Notes under the pieces: generated by a model
What the model saw: only the letters and a program-made list of their open reading frames with translations
The model's database searches: none
What the model was told of the DNA's origin: nothing
Program-made: the position numbers and the translations under genes
Shown: positions 19,354 through 29,172 of the stretch, piece by piece
Layout: each line of letters starts with the position of its first letter
Numbering within the stretch: the first letter of the stretch is position 1
DNA from: Vulcanimicrobiales bacterium
GTDB lineage: Bacteria; Vulcanimicrobiota; Vulcanimicrobiia; Vulcanimicrobiales; Vulcanimicrobiaceae
Direction: 5' to 3'
NCBI GenBank assembly: GCA_038231455.1
Contig: JBBRLI010000004.1
Coordinates: 128,001 to 192,000, forward strand
DNA length: 64,000 bases

Positions 19354-20190
19354 TTAGCGTCGTCCTCCGAAGAGCTTCTCGAAGAACGTGGGTTCTTGCG
19401 GAATCTCCGGCTTGGAAGTATCGGTACCGGCGATGCGCCCGGCGATCGCGCGAAACGACGCGCCCGTGCGCGAGGTATCGTCGTTCGCAAGCGGCTCGCC
19501 GCGATTGGTGGAAACGATGACGTCGGGTTCATCGGCGATCACGCCAAGCAGCGGCAGTCGAAGAATGGCATTCACATCCTCGACCGAGAGCATCTTGCCT
19601 TTTTTCACGAGCGCCGGGCGGATGCGATTGATGATGAGTTGCACCTTCATCGCATTCCCCAGCAGTCCGACGACGCGATCGGCATCGCGCACGGCGGAGA
19701 CTTCCGGCGTACAGACGATGATCGCTTCTTCGGCACCGACGATCGCGTTTTGAAATCCGGCCTCGATACCCGCAGGACAGTCAATGATCACGTAGTCGAA
19801 TTTGTCGCGCAAACGTTCGACGAGCGCCTTCATTTGCGCGGTATCGACTTCGTCTTTTTCGCGCGTCTGCGCTGCGGCAAGCAACTGCAGCGAGGGCACG
19901 CGCTTGTCGATGACGAGTGCTTCTTCGAGCGTCGCTTTTTCTTCAAGCACGTCGAGCACGTGACTGCGAACGCGATTCTCTAAGCCGAGAACGATATCCA
20001 AATTCCGGAGACCGACATCTGCGTCGATCAAGACGACGCGCGCGCCGGTGCGCGCGAGTGCCGTGCCGAGATTCGCGGTCGTCGTCGTCTTGCCGACGCC
20101 GCCTTTCCCGGAGGTAACGACGATTGCGCGACCGCGCGGCTTTGGAACGGAAGCGGCGACGGCCGCATTCTGCGGAGTCATCTCTTGCAT
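19354..20190 (-). CDS. minD: Septum site-determining ATPase MinD (copy 2)
   Basis: SGKGGVGKTTTTANLG, DVGLRNLD, PEVSAVRDADR; C-terminal FFEKLF amphipathic helix. Confidence 0.92.
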   Translation of the reverse strand: MQEMTPQNAAVAASVPKPRGRAIVVTSGKGGVGKTTTTANLGTALARTGARVVLIDADVGLRNLDIVLGLENRVRSHVLDVLEEKATLEEALVIDKRVPSLQLLAAAQTREKDEVDTAQMKALVERLRDKFDYVIIDCPAGIEAGFQNAIVGAEEAIIVCTPEVSAVRDADRVVGLLGNAMKVQLIINRIRPALVKKGKMLSVEDVNAILRLPLLGVIADEPDVIVSTNRGEPLANDDTSRTGASFRAIAGRIAGTDTSKPEIPQEPTFFEKLFGGRR

Positions 20191-20193
20191 CGG

Positions 20194-20985
20194 TCAGCCT
20201 GCCTTAAACGCGCTCATGATCCGGCCGAAGAAGCCGGGGGCGCTTAGATTCGTGAACGGAATGAGTTCGCCGTCGAGTCGGCGCGCGATCTTATCGTAAA
20301 TCGGTGCGAGATGATTGTTCGGATCGAGGACGATCGGCTCGCCCCGGTTGGTCGTGTCGATGACTTCTTCATCGTCGGGAACGATACCAAGCAACTCAGC
20401 GGAGAGAATGTCGCATACATCTTCGACCGACATCATATCGCCATTACGCACCATCTCGGGGCGAATGCGATTGACGATCAGGCGAATCGGAACGCCGCGT
20501 TCGTGCAGCTTGCCGATCACGCGATCCGCATCGCGAATCGCACTGACTTCGGGCGTGGTGACGACGATTGCTTCAAGTGCGCCCGCGATCGCGCTGCGGA
20601 ACCCGTGTTCGATGCCGGCCGGGCAATCGATGAGCACGTAGTCGCAGAGTTCGGCGAGTTCTTCGACGACCTTGGCCATCTGCAGTTCGCTCACAGCGCC
20701 TTTGTCGCGCGTTTGCGCTGCGGGCAGAATCGAGAGCGATTCAAAGCGTTTGTCTTTGATGAGCGCTTGACGCAATTGGCAGCGCCCTTCAACGACTTCC
20801 ACCAGATCGAAGACGATGCGCTTCTCAACGCCCAGAACGAGGTCGAGATTCCGTAAACCGATATCCGCATCGACGAGCACGACCCGTTTGCCGCGCTGCG
20901 CGAGAGCCGCTCCAAGGTTCGCGGTGGTCGTGGTTTTACCGACGCCGCCTTTGCCGGAGGTGAGAACGATCCGCCGGCCGCTCAT
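20194..20985 (-). CDS. minD: Septum site-determining ATPase MinD (copy 1)
   Basis: SGKGGVGKTTTTANLG, DIGLRNLD, PEVSAIRDADR; C-terminal GFFGRIMSAF helix. Confidence 0.93.
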   Translation of the reverse strand: MSGRRIVLTSGKGGVGKTTTTANLGAALAQRGKRVVLVDADIGLRNLDLVLGVEKRIVFDLVEVVEGRCQLRQALIKDKRFESLSILPAAQTRDKGAVSELQMAKVVEELAELCDYVLIDCPAGIEHGFRSAIAGALEAIVVTTPEVSAIRDADRVIGKLHERGVPIRLIVNRIRPEMVRNGDMMSVEDVCDILSAELLGIVPDDEEVIDTTNRGEPIVLDPNNHLAPIYDKIARRLDGELIPFTNLSAPGFFGRIMSAFKAG

Positions 20986-21833
20986 CGGGCCTGCTCCCGC
21001 TGCGGAAACGAGGCTTCGGCGTGCGGCACGACGACGATCCGGCCGTTGTCGATATACGCTTGCTCGGGGACACTCGTCTTGCGCGGCTCGCCCGCATCGG
21101 CCGCGATCACCGTCGCGATGCGAAGCTGCGTCGGCGCGAGCTCGAGCGCGATCACGCGCGACTGCGCATCACCTTGCGCGCCGGCGTGCGCGACGCCGCG
21201 CATCGACCCGAAGACGAGGATATCACCGCTAGCGATCAATTCGGCGCCCGGGTTCACATCGCCGATCACCACGATATTGCCGAGGTTGTGAAGCGCCTGA
21301 CCGCCCCGGAGCGTACCGCGGTGGTAGAGCGTCGATACGCCCGCGGGCGCGGCGATCGGGATTGGCGGGATCACGACGGAGCTGGGGGCGGCGACCGTGG
21401 CACGGACGGCTTCGCGCTGAATGCGGCGTTCGGCGAGATCCTGACGGGCGCCGGCAAAGTCGGCCACGAGCGAGCGCGCGGCATCGGAGAGCACGACCGT
21501 CTTTTCGCCGCGGTTCTTGCGCACCGGCAGCGGCGCGACATCGGCGATCGGCGGCGTTCCTAAATAGGAGAGTTCCAGACCTTCGACGATCTCGCCGAGC
21601 TGCGCGGGGCCGTAAACGCCGTCGAGCACGATGCCGTAATTTCCGAGGAACGTGCGAAACGTTGCGAGCGCCGCAGCGTCGGATTCGAGCGTCCCCAGGT
21701 TCGCCGTGGCGCGGCTACCGCGGTAAAAGTCGGGGCGATCGGCAAACTGCGCGCGCAAATCCTCAGCCGCCTCGAGCAGCGGCCGGTCTACCGTGATCTC
21801 CAAAACTCGGCCTCGGCCGCGAACTGTCGTCAT
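20982..21833 (-). CDS. minC: Septum site-determining protein MinC
   Basis: TLRGGQ, GDVNPGAELIA, RGVAHAG, PTQLRIA. Confidence 0.92.
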   Translation of the reverse strand: MTTVRGRGRVLEITVDRPLLEAAEDLRAQFADRPDFYRGSRATANLGTLESDAAALATFRTFLGNYGIVLDGVYGPAQLGEIVEGLELSYLGTPPIADVAPLPVRKNRGEKTVVLSDAARSLVADFAGARQDLAERRIQREAVRATVAAPSSVVIPPIPIAAPAGVSTLYHRGTLRGGQALHNLGNIVVIGDVNPGAELIASGDILVFGSMRGVAHAGAQGDAQSRVIALELAPTQLRIATVIAADAGEPRKTSVPEQAYIDNGRIVVVPHAEASFPQREQAR

Positions 21834-21891
21834 ACGTCCATCCTCCCGATCATCCGCGGCGCATTCCGATGGCTGCTAGGGCGGCCCTCCG

Positions 21892-21954
21892 CTCTCCACA
21901 TGGCTCCCACAACTAACTTCACTTATGCACACGCCCCCCACGGATTCGTCCACA
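21892..21954 (+). promoter_or_regulatory. Cluster of same-orientation DnaA-box-like 9-mers upstream of minC
   Basis: TTATGCACA (21923-21931) fits TTATNCACA; degenerate copies CTCTCCACA, GCTCCCACA, CCCCCCACG and TCGTCCACA flank it. Confidence 0.4.
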
Positions 21955-22075
21955 GGCGCTCGCCCGCCTCAGGCTCCGAGGGGGGCGGGCAAGAGACTCC
22001 GTGCCCCACCGTGTCGAATGAAAGAACCCCGGAGAGCACTCGCAGCTCCTCGGACGCCTTGCGCCGCGAAAGAGA

Positions 22076-24100
22076 TTGCCTGTGATCGCTCGCCGCTTCG
22101 TCCCCATCGTCCTGATCATGTCACTGCTGAGTGCCACCATCCCGGCACCCGCGTTTGCACTTTCGACCCAAAGTGAAGTGCAGCTCGGCAAAGAGACCGA
22201 CAAAGAGATCACGGACTCGACGACCGTCATTACCGACCCGTTGCTCAACGCCTGGGTCAACGAGATCTCGCAAAAGCTCTGGACGCAAGTCGCGCGCAAA
22301 GACGTCCCGTATAACATCAAAATTTTAGATGTGAACGACGTCAACGCGTTCACCACGCTTGGCGGTTACATCTACATCAACGAGGGGACGCTCGATTTCG
22401 CGCAGTCCGATGACGAACTCGCGGGAGTGATCGCTCACGAAACCGGCCATGACGAACGTCGTCACGCCATCACCGGCAGCACCAAGGCGAATATCGTCAA
22501 CATTCTCTTCGGCATCGGCTCGCTGTTCTCGCCATTCTTATATCGTTTCGGCCAGATCATGCAAGCGGGCGTGCTTGCGAAAATTTCGCGCGGACAAGAA
22601 ACCGAAGCCGATAAATACGGCCTGATGCTCATGACGCGCGCCGGATACGATCCCGATGCGATGGTCTCGTTCATGAAGCATTTAGGTGCGGCATACGCCG
22701 ATCACGACGATCTGGTCAGCAAGTATTTCGCCGATCATCCGGGCGTCCCCGATCGCGTCGCGCACCTGGTCGGTTATCCCGAACTCGATCCCAAGAATCG
22801 GACGCTCGATCAGCGTGTCGTCGCCGCGCTTCACAACGAAGCAACGGCGCGTTACGCAATCGCCGCGCGCGAATTTGCATCGATCGTCAAAGCCGATCCG
22901 CATAACGCGGTCGCGCAGTTTCACCTCGGTCAGTCGCAACTCGCGCTCGGTCAAACATCCAAAGGCGAACAGAATCTCGCCGAAGCGGCTACCGCCGGAA
23001 CACCCGAAACGAAGACCCTTGCGCTCTCGCGCATCCGTCAATTGCGCGATAGCGAAAAACGCCTCGACCTGCTCAAACCCAACTTGCAGCCGCTGCGCGA
23101 TGAACTCGCGGAGGCACAGCTGAAAGAATCGCAGGCCGTGACCGCGATTCAATCGCGTCACGACTCGGGTCGCGATCAACTCAAAGCCATCTCCGCGCGC
23201 CTGCAGAATCTCACGTACAGCGTGCCGGACTTCAGCCGCGTGCAAGTGCGCAAAGGCGGCCGGCTCGAAGCAGTAATCAAGAACCTTACCGGCATGAGCC
23301 GCTCGGTCGACACCGTGCAGGCCCATGCAACGGAGGCAATCCTTGGCGTCGGTTCGCTTGAAAAGAATAAAGAAGGCGGACTGCTCAAAGAAAACGCGGC
23401 GATTTACGCCGAGATGGCAGCACCGCTCAAGCTCACCCCCGTTCCGCCGCAGTCGCTCGCCACGCTCGCCGATTATCCGCGCACCTTCACGACGCTCCAA
23501 GCAGCCGATGCCGACATGCTGCGCGGTGTCGATGCCGGACGCGCCTCGCTTGCCATGATGGACGCGGGGCTCGGCGATCTCGACGTCTTCCTGCGCACGC
23601 TCGCACATCTGCAGTACGATATCCAAGGCGAGATCTCGATTGGCGACTATAACATGCTGCTGCCGCTCATGACGAAGGCGACCGACTCACTTAACAAAGC
23701 AGCCGTCGCCGCTTCGCAGTCATCGCAGCTCTTCAACATGGCGCGCTCGCGTCAGCTCGAAGCGCACATCACGCTTCTCGGCGTGCAAGGCAGCGGCGAC
23801 CGCTACGCGACGCTGCAAAAGGCGCTCAACGTGCGTTTCCACAACGACGGCCTCGCCTTCGATGAAATGCTCAAGAGCGATCTTGCACCGGGCGACGTCG
23901 TCGCTGCAACGATCGTTGCGGCCGACACGAACACAACGCCGGCCGCAATCGTGCAAGAAGCCCGCGCGACGAATAAGTCGATCGTGGACGTTGCCAACGC
24001 CCGTGGCATGCACGCCGAGGCCTTGGAGATTTTCCTCGGCTTGATCTACCTCAACTATACCGACGACCCCGAGAAAGAAGCCCGCGGCATCGGGGCGTAG
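22076..24100 (+). CDS. M48 family metalloprotease with TPR and long helical extension
   Basis: Signal peptide, VNAF, ELAGVIAHETGH (HExxH), ETEAD, DHP. Confidence 0.85.
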   Translation: MPVIARRFVPIVLIMSLLSATIPAPAFALSTQSEVQLGKETDKEITDSTTVITDPLLNAWVNEISQKLWTQVARKDVPYNIKILDVNDVNAFTTLGGYIYINEGTLDFAQSDDELAGVIAHETGHDERRHAITGSTKANIVNILFGIGSLFSPFLYRFGQIMQAGVLAKISRGQETEADKYGLMLMTRAGYDPDAMVSFMKHLGAAYADHDDLVSKYFADHPGVPDRVAHLVGYPELDPKNRTLDQRVVAALHNEATARYAIAAREFASIVKADPHNAVAQFHLGQSQLALGQTSKGEQNLAEAATAGTPETKTLALSRIRQLRDSEKRLDLLKPNLQPLRDELAEAQLKESQAVTAIQSRHDSGRDQLKAISARLQNLTYSVPDFSRVQVRKGGRLEAVIKNLTGMSRSVDTVQAHATEAILGVGSLEKNKEGGLLKENAAIYAEMAAPLKLTPVPPQSLATLADYPRTFTTLQAADADMLRGVDAGRASLAMMDAGLGDLDVFLRTLAHLQYDIQGEISIGDYNMLLPLMTKATDSLNKAAVAASQSSQLFNMARSRQLEAHITLLGVQGSGDRYATLQKALNVRFHNDGLAFDEMLKSDLAPGDVVAATIVAADTNTTPAAIVQEARATNKSIVDVANARGMHAEALEIFLGLIYLNYTDDPEKEARGIGA

Positions 24101-24112
24101 GCCCCAAACTCC

Positions 24113-24142
24113 AGGCCGCCCGCGCTAGGGCGGCCTTTTTTT
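24113..24142 (+). terminator. Intrinsic terminator
   Basis: AGGCCGCCC-GCGCTA-GGGCGGCCT hairpin followed by a T run. Confidence 0.85.
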
Positions 24143-24196
24143 ATGCCGTGGGCTATAAGGTGGAACAACCAACCTCAGAATCGGGTACAGAAGAGT

Positions 24197-25204
24197 ATGA
24201 ATTATCAAGCGGGCGTCATGGGCGCCGCCGACGTCTTCAACAAGCTCCGCTCCAGCATCAACGTCGGTGCCGTGCGCGCGCAGACACGCGCTCCGTTCCG
24301 CTTTTTGCTCTGCGGCGATCCGGGGCTCGTCTCCGAACTGCGAGCCCTCTTGCTTGCGGGCGGCGATGCGGATTTCATCCCGATGGACGCTGCCGCCACG
24401 CTCGAGACGATCGACCCGGGCCGGCTCGTCGAGACGAGCGACGCGAAGGCGATTCTGTTCCTCGGCCGCGTGGGCGACCGTGACGGCGCGCGCCTCGATC
24501 TCCTGCAGACATTCAAACTGCCGATTCTCTCATTGCTCGTCGATCCGGAGGTCGCCGCGCCATCCGGTCCGGCGTCCGCACCCGCCGCCGGAAATATCGA
24601 GGACTACATCGTCGCGAAAATCGATCGCGACACGCTCAAAGGCCGCTTTCTCCCACACCTGATCGATTGTTGCAAAGGCATCGAGATTGCCGTCGGACGC
24701 CGCCTCCCGGCGCTGCGCGAAACCGTCTGCGCGAAACTTACGCGCGATGCGGCAATGAACTCGCTCAAGATCGCGGGCGCAAGTGCCCTTGCCGATAAAA
24801 TTCCGTTCGTCGGCATCGTGCTCGGCGCGTTCGCATCGGCTGGCGACATGGTCGCCATCACCGGCATCCAGATGATGCTCATGCTGCAGATCGGTGCCGT
24901 GTTCGGGAAAGAGCCCGACATGCAGCGGATGTGGGAATTGCTGCCGATCGTCGGCGGCGGCTTCGGCTGGCGCATGCTCTCGCGCGAACTCTCGGGCTTC
25001 ATCCCCGTCGCTGGCATCTTCATCAAAGGCGCAATCGCGTACGCGGGCACGATCGTCGTCGGCGAGAGCGTGACGTTCTATTTTCTGCACGGCCGCCACA
25101 TGAGTCCGAGCGATGCATCAACGGTCTATGCGGATGCAAAGAGCGCCGCGATGCGTCTAGGGCGCGATATTTTCGACCGGTTACGTCCGCGTCGCGATCC
25201 CTAA
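24197..25204 (+). CDS. DUF697/YcjF-like membrane-associated protein
   Basis: C-terminal pattern D..AITGIQMMLMLQIGAVFG and GFIPVAG..KGAIAYAGT; start uncertain. Confidence 0.6.
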   Translation: MNYQAGVMGAADVFNKLRSSINVGAVRAQTRAPFRFLLCGDPGLVSELRALLLAGGDADFIPMDAAATLETIDPGRLVETSDAKAILFLGRVGDRDGARLDLLQTFKLPILSLLVDPEVAAPSGPASAPAAGNIEDYIVAKIDRDTLKGRFLPHLIDCCKGIEIAVGRRLPALRETVCAKLTRDAAMNSLKIAGASALADKIPFVGIVLGAFASAGDMVAITGIQMMLMLQIGAVFGKEPDMQRMWELLPIVGGGFGWRMLSRELSGFIPVAGIFIKGAIAYAGTIVVGESVTFYFLHGRHMSPSDASTVYADAKSAAMRLGRDIFDRLRPRRDP

Positions 25205-25888
25205 GAGAAACGCATCGTCGTCGAGCTGCGCGAGAGCCGGCTCGGGGAACTTCGCCCGCAAGCGATTTGCGAGTTCGGTTGCAATTCGCTTGCGCGCCGT
25301 CGAGCTGAGCATCGCGCGGCGTTCGATGTAGCGTTCGACGAGCGCGCGCTCGTCGCGATCGAGTCGCACGTCGCTTGACGACGGACGATATCCCTGCGCA
25401 GCACGTTTACCTTCGCGCACGACGATCGTTCCGGCCGCAAAATCGCCGAGCCGCTTATTTTCTTTGGAGACGAGCGTGCTGATTGCGGAAATGAGGTAGA
25501 ATCCAAGACCAAATTCGATCGCACGAATCACGTTGCGAATCGTGACGGTGAGAAAGTCGACCGGAAATCCGCCGTCGCGTACGACGCGAATCCCGATCGC
25601 CTTCTTGCCCGGTGTTTGGCCGCGCCACAACCACTCGAAGATGATGAAGTAGCCGAAGAAATTCAAGAACGTCAGGAAAATATAGAACGCATAGATCCAG
25701 GGCTGCGGTACGATGCGCGGACCTTTGTGCGTGCTGCCGATCGCAGCGAATATTGCGGTTGCAACGATCAAGAGCACGATCTGAATCGCAAAATCGATGA
25801 ACACCGCAAGGAAGCGGCTCCCGAGCCCCGCGAGTTCGTAGGAGATCGCGATCGACTCGGGGGTGCGGACATCGAGGGAACGCTCCAC
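25181..25888 (-). CDS. RDD family membrane protein
   Basis: TPE..YELAGLGSRFLA, GQTPGKK..GIRVVR, KRLGDFAAGT. Confidence 0.88.
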   Translation of the reverse strand: MERSLDVRTPESIAISYELAGLGSRFLAVFIDFAIQIVLLIVATAIFAAIGSTHKGPRIVPQPWIYAFYIFLTFLNFFGYFIIFEWLWRGQTPGKKAIGIRVVRDGGFPVDFLTVTIRNVIRAIEFGLGFYLISAISTLVSKENKRLGDFAAGTIVVREGKRAAQGYRPSSSDVRLDRDERALVERYIERRAMLSSTARKRIATELANRLRAKFPEPALAQLDDDAFLLGIATRT

Positions 25889-25932
25889 TAGCGCACCGAG
25901 GCCGCGCTGCGGCGGGACGGGAAGCCACGCTT

Positions 25933-26967
25933 ATGCGCGAGGAGACATTCGTCGCTCGGGGGAGCGAACGCTGGGAGCGCCTCGATGTTCTGCTGGGGCG
26001 AGCCGATCGCGGCGGCATTCGCCGCCTTGCGCCGAGTGAGGTGGTAGAACTTGGGCTGCTGTATCGCCGCCTGACCTCGGACCTTGCCTATGCGCAGGGA
26101 CGCCGCTTCGATCCGAATCTGATCGGCTACATCAATCGCCTGGTCGTACGCGGCCATTCGTACATCTATGGCGGGGCGCTCGAAAGTGGCCGCGCCCGTC
26201 TGGTCTCGTTTTTTACTACGGTATTCCCGGCGGAATTCCGTCGCTCGTGGATCCCGATCGCGCTCTGCGCGCTGCTGTTCACGCTGACGACGGTCGTGTC
26301 GTTTGCGATCGTGCGGCACGATCCGAGTACCGCATACGCGCTCGTCCCCGGCGAGATCCCCAAAGTCGAAAAGAGCCTGCACGATTCGAACTTCGCGGTC
26401 AATCGGTCCGATGCCCCGGAGATGTCGGCGCTGATCATCACCAACAACATCCGCGTCTCGGTCATGGCGTTTGCCGGCGGCATGACGCTGGGCGCACTCA
26501 CGGTCTGGGCAATCTATTTCAACGGTCTGGATTTCGGATCGATTGGCGCACTCTTCGCAAACGCCGGTTTCGGCTACGATTTCTTTGCGACGGTTGCACC
26601 GCACGGCGTCATCGAACTCACCGCGATTCAAGTCGCCGGCGGCGGCGGTTTATTGCTCGCAGCCGGTGTGCTCGTGCCCGGACGCTTGCGGCGCAGCGTC
26701 GCGCTCGTGCGTAACGCGCGGCGTGCGGGCGTGCTGATGCTCGGTGTCTGCGCGATGCTCGTCGTTGCGGGAACGATCGAGGGATTCTTCTCGCCGCTGC
26801 GCCTGAGTGCTGAAATTCGCCTCGCTTTTGGTGCGCTCACCGCCGTCGCCCTCATCGCGTACTTTGGATTTGCCGGACGGCCGCGACCTAAATCGCTCCG
26901 CGCGTCTTCATTTCGATATACCGGTTCACCAGCGCTAATCCGAGATCCGGCGCGGGCACATCGATGA
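25933..26967 (+). CDS. Stage II sporulation protein M (SpoIIM/DUF95) family membrane protein
   Basis: LYRRLTSDLAYA, IITNNIRVS, PHGVIELTAI, AGTIEGF. Confidence 0.85.
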   Translation: MREETFVARGSERWERLDVLLGRADRGGIRRLAPSEVVELGLLYRRLTSDLAYAQGRRFDPNLIGYINRLVVRGHSYIYGGALESGRARLVSFFTTVFPAEFRRSWIPIALCALLFTLTTVVSFAIVRHDPSTAYALVPGEIPKVEKSLHDSNFAVNRSDAPEMSALIITNNIRVSVMAFAGGMTLGALTVWAIYFNGLDFGSIGALFANAGFGYDFFATVAPHGVIELTAIQVAGGGGLLLAAGVLVPGRLRRSVALVRNARRAGVLMLGVCAMLVVAGTIEGFFSPLRLSAEIRLAFGALTAVALIAYFGFAGRPRPKSLRASSFRYTGSPALIRDPARAHR

Positions 26968-28225
26968 CGCCGATGCCGCGCCGCGCGAGCAAGAGCGCGG
27001 CGCGGCGACGTTCCTCGCCCAGCGTCGCGGCAACCGAAGCGCGATACGCCTCATCGACGCTCGTCGGTCGGAGTGACACGGCATTTGCGATCGCCTCATC
27101 GTTCATCATTACGACGACGATGAGGTGCCGACGTGCGAGCGCGCCGAGTTCGCCAAGAAGTGCCGCCGAGGCAACCGGATCGAACATGTCGGTAAACACA
27201 ACGACCAAGCTCCGTTTGGTTTGACGGCGGCGCAGATACGCAAACGCCCCTTCGTAATCGGACTCTTCAAAGCGCGGTTGAAGATCGGCGATGCGCCGCG
27301 CGATGAGCGCCGCATGTGCGGGACGCGCCGCGGGTGCGACGTAGTCGACGATACCACCGGCGAAGGCAAGGAAACCGACTTTGTCGTCGGCGGCGGCGGC
27401 GCGGCTTGTAAGCATGAGCGCCGCCGTCAACGCGTAGTCGAACTTGCGCTGACCCGCGACGGGCGCGGTCATCAAGCGGCCCGCATCGAGCGCGAGAATG
27501 ACGCTCTGACTGCGTTCGACGGTCCGTTCGACGACGATCGTCTTGCCGCGCCGCGCCGTAGCTTGCCAGGCGATCGATCGGAACGCATCGCCCGGGACAT
27601 AATCGCGCAAGCTTTCAAAATCACTACCGGTTCCGGTCCGACGCAGACGTCGCAACCCGGCATCGATCGTGCGCCGACGCTGCGCGAGCGTTCCCGGTTG
27701 AACGAGCGCACGCAGATCCGGCCACACACGAAACGGCGACGGAGCATCGTGGGATGCGTAGGCACGCACGATTCCCAGCGGCGTTTCCCACCACGCGGCA
27801 AACCCGGTCAGCGTCCCCGACCCGCGTTCGTGCGGCACGAACGGCAGCACCACCTCGAGCCCCGCGTTGGCTTCGATCGATGCAATCGTTTCGCGCTCTT
27901 CAAACCGCAAGAGTGCAACGGGCGCTTCGAGCAAGCCGATACGAAGCCGCAGCGGACCACGATTCTCAAGCTGATAGCGGAGCGCACCCGCTTCGCCCAG
28001 CGTCAGGCGCCCGAGCGGCTCGCGCACGATCTGCACGCGTGCGCGGCCCGGAACGAGCGCGCAATCAACCACCGCGACGATGACGAATGCGACTCCGAGC
28101 GCGATGCCAAGACCGATGCAGAACGGAAAGACCGATCCAACGCCAATGCACGCCGCGACAATCAGCGCGACGAACAACGCGCGACGCGTAAACCAGCGGC
28201 GCGGCAGCAGACGGCGAATCGTCAG
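26888..28225 (-). CDS. DUF58 (vWA-related) protein; start uncertain, possibly CTG
   Basis: GSDFESLRDYVPGD..IAWQATARR, LDAGRLM, VVFTD; directly downstream of moxR. Confidence 0.85.
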   Translation of the reverse strand: MTIRRLLPRRWFTRRALFVALIVAACIGVGSVFPFCIGLGIALGVAFVIVAVVDCALVPGRARVQIVREPLGRLTLGEAGALRYQLENRGPLRLRIGLLEAPVALLRFEERETIASIEANAGLEVVLPFVPHERGSGTLTGFAAWWETPLGIVRAYASHDAPSPFRVWPDLRALVQPGTLAQRRRTIDAGLRRLRRTGTGSDFESLRDYVPGDAFRSIAWQATARRGKTIVVERTVERSQSVILALDAGRLMTAPVAGQRKFDYALTAALMLTSRAAAADDKVGFLAFAGGIVDYVAPAARPAHAALIARRIADLQPRFEESDYEGAFAYLRRRQTKRSLVVVFTDMFDPVASAALLGELGALARRHLIVVVMMNDEAIANAVSLRPTSVDEAYRASVAATLGEERRRAALLLARRGIGVIDVPAPDLGLALVNRYIEMKTRGAI

Positions 28226-29172
28226 CTCGCAGCGATGACGGGAACGGGGACGGCATCCAAGATGCGCGCGATCACGGCGAGCGTATCGATGCCCTCGATC
28301 TCCGCTTCCGGCTGCACGATCATACGATGTCCGAGCACCATTGCGGCCGTCGCTTTGCAATCGTCGGGCGTTGCAAACGTGCGATCATCCAGAAAAGCCG
28401 CACACTTCATCGCGGTTAGGAGAGAAATCGCTGCGCGCGGACTCGCGCCAAGGGCGAGTTCCGGTGTGTTGCGCGTCTTCGCGATCACTGCATACAGATA
28501 GTCGATGAGTTCCCCCGCGACGTGAATCGTTCGGACGTGAGCCTGTGCCGCACTTATTTCTTCGAGCGTCGCGACCGGCTGAATCGCCTCGAGATCGAGT
28601 GCATTGAATCCGGCGTTCGCGCGCGCGAGCAGATCGCGCTCTTGCGCTGCCGAGGGATAATCGGTCGTCGTCTTCACCATGAACCGATCGAGCTGTGCCT
28701 CCGGTAGCGGATAGGTGCCTTCGAACTCGATTGGATTCTGGGTTGCCGCCACGATGAACGGCGTCGGCATCGCGATCCGGTTGCCGTCGATCGTGACCTG
28801 GCGTTCTTCCATCGCCTCGAGAAGGGCCGATTGCGTCTTAGGCGGCGTGCGGTTGATTTCATCGGCGAGCACCACGTTGGCGGAGATCGGCCCCACACGC
28901 AGTGAGAATTGTGCGCTGCGAGGATCGAACGTCGTGGTCCCGATGACGTCGGCGGGCATGAGATCGGGCGTGAATTGAATGCGTCGGAACGAGCCGCCGA
29001 TTAGCCGCGCGAGCGTCCGCACGAGCAATGTTTTGGCCGTACCCGGCACGCCTTCGACGAGCAGATGTCCGCCGCCGAAGAGTGCGACGAGCGCGGCGAA
29101 AATCGGGCCGTCCGTACCGACGAGCACGCGTCGAAATCCCTCATCGAGCCGCTGCGCGACGCTGTGTTCCAT
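28222..29172 (-). CDS. MoxR family AAA+ ATPase
   Basis: EGVPGTAKT, RIQFTPDLMPAD, DEINR, TQNPIEFEGTYPLPEAQLDRF. Confidence 0.95.
   Translation of the reverse strand: MEHSVAQRLDEGFRRVLVGTDGPIFAALVALFGGGHLLVEGVPGTAKTLLVRTLARLIGGSFRRIQFTPDLMPADVIGTTTFDPRSAQFSLRVGPISANVVLADEINRTPPKTQSALLEAMEERQVTIDGNRIAMPTPFIVAATQNPIEFEGTYPLPEAQLDRFMVKTTTDYPSAAQERDLLARANAGFNALDLEAIQPVATLEEISAAQAHVRTIHVAGELIDYLYAVIAKTRNTPELALGASPRAAISLLTAMKCAAFLDDRTFATPDDCKATAAMVLGHRMIVQPEAEIEGIDTLAVIARILDAVPVPVIAAS

Noticed and set aside
27125-28501. Long antisense ORFs here and elsewhere (e.g. 48721-50016, 58696-59829, 15433-16575)
   Set aside because: Expected opposite high-GC coding genes; no recognisable domains.
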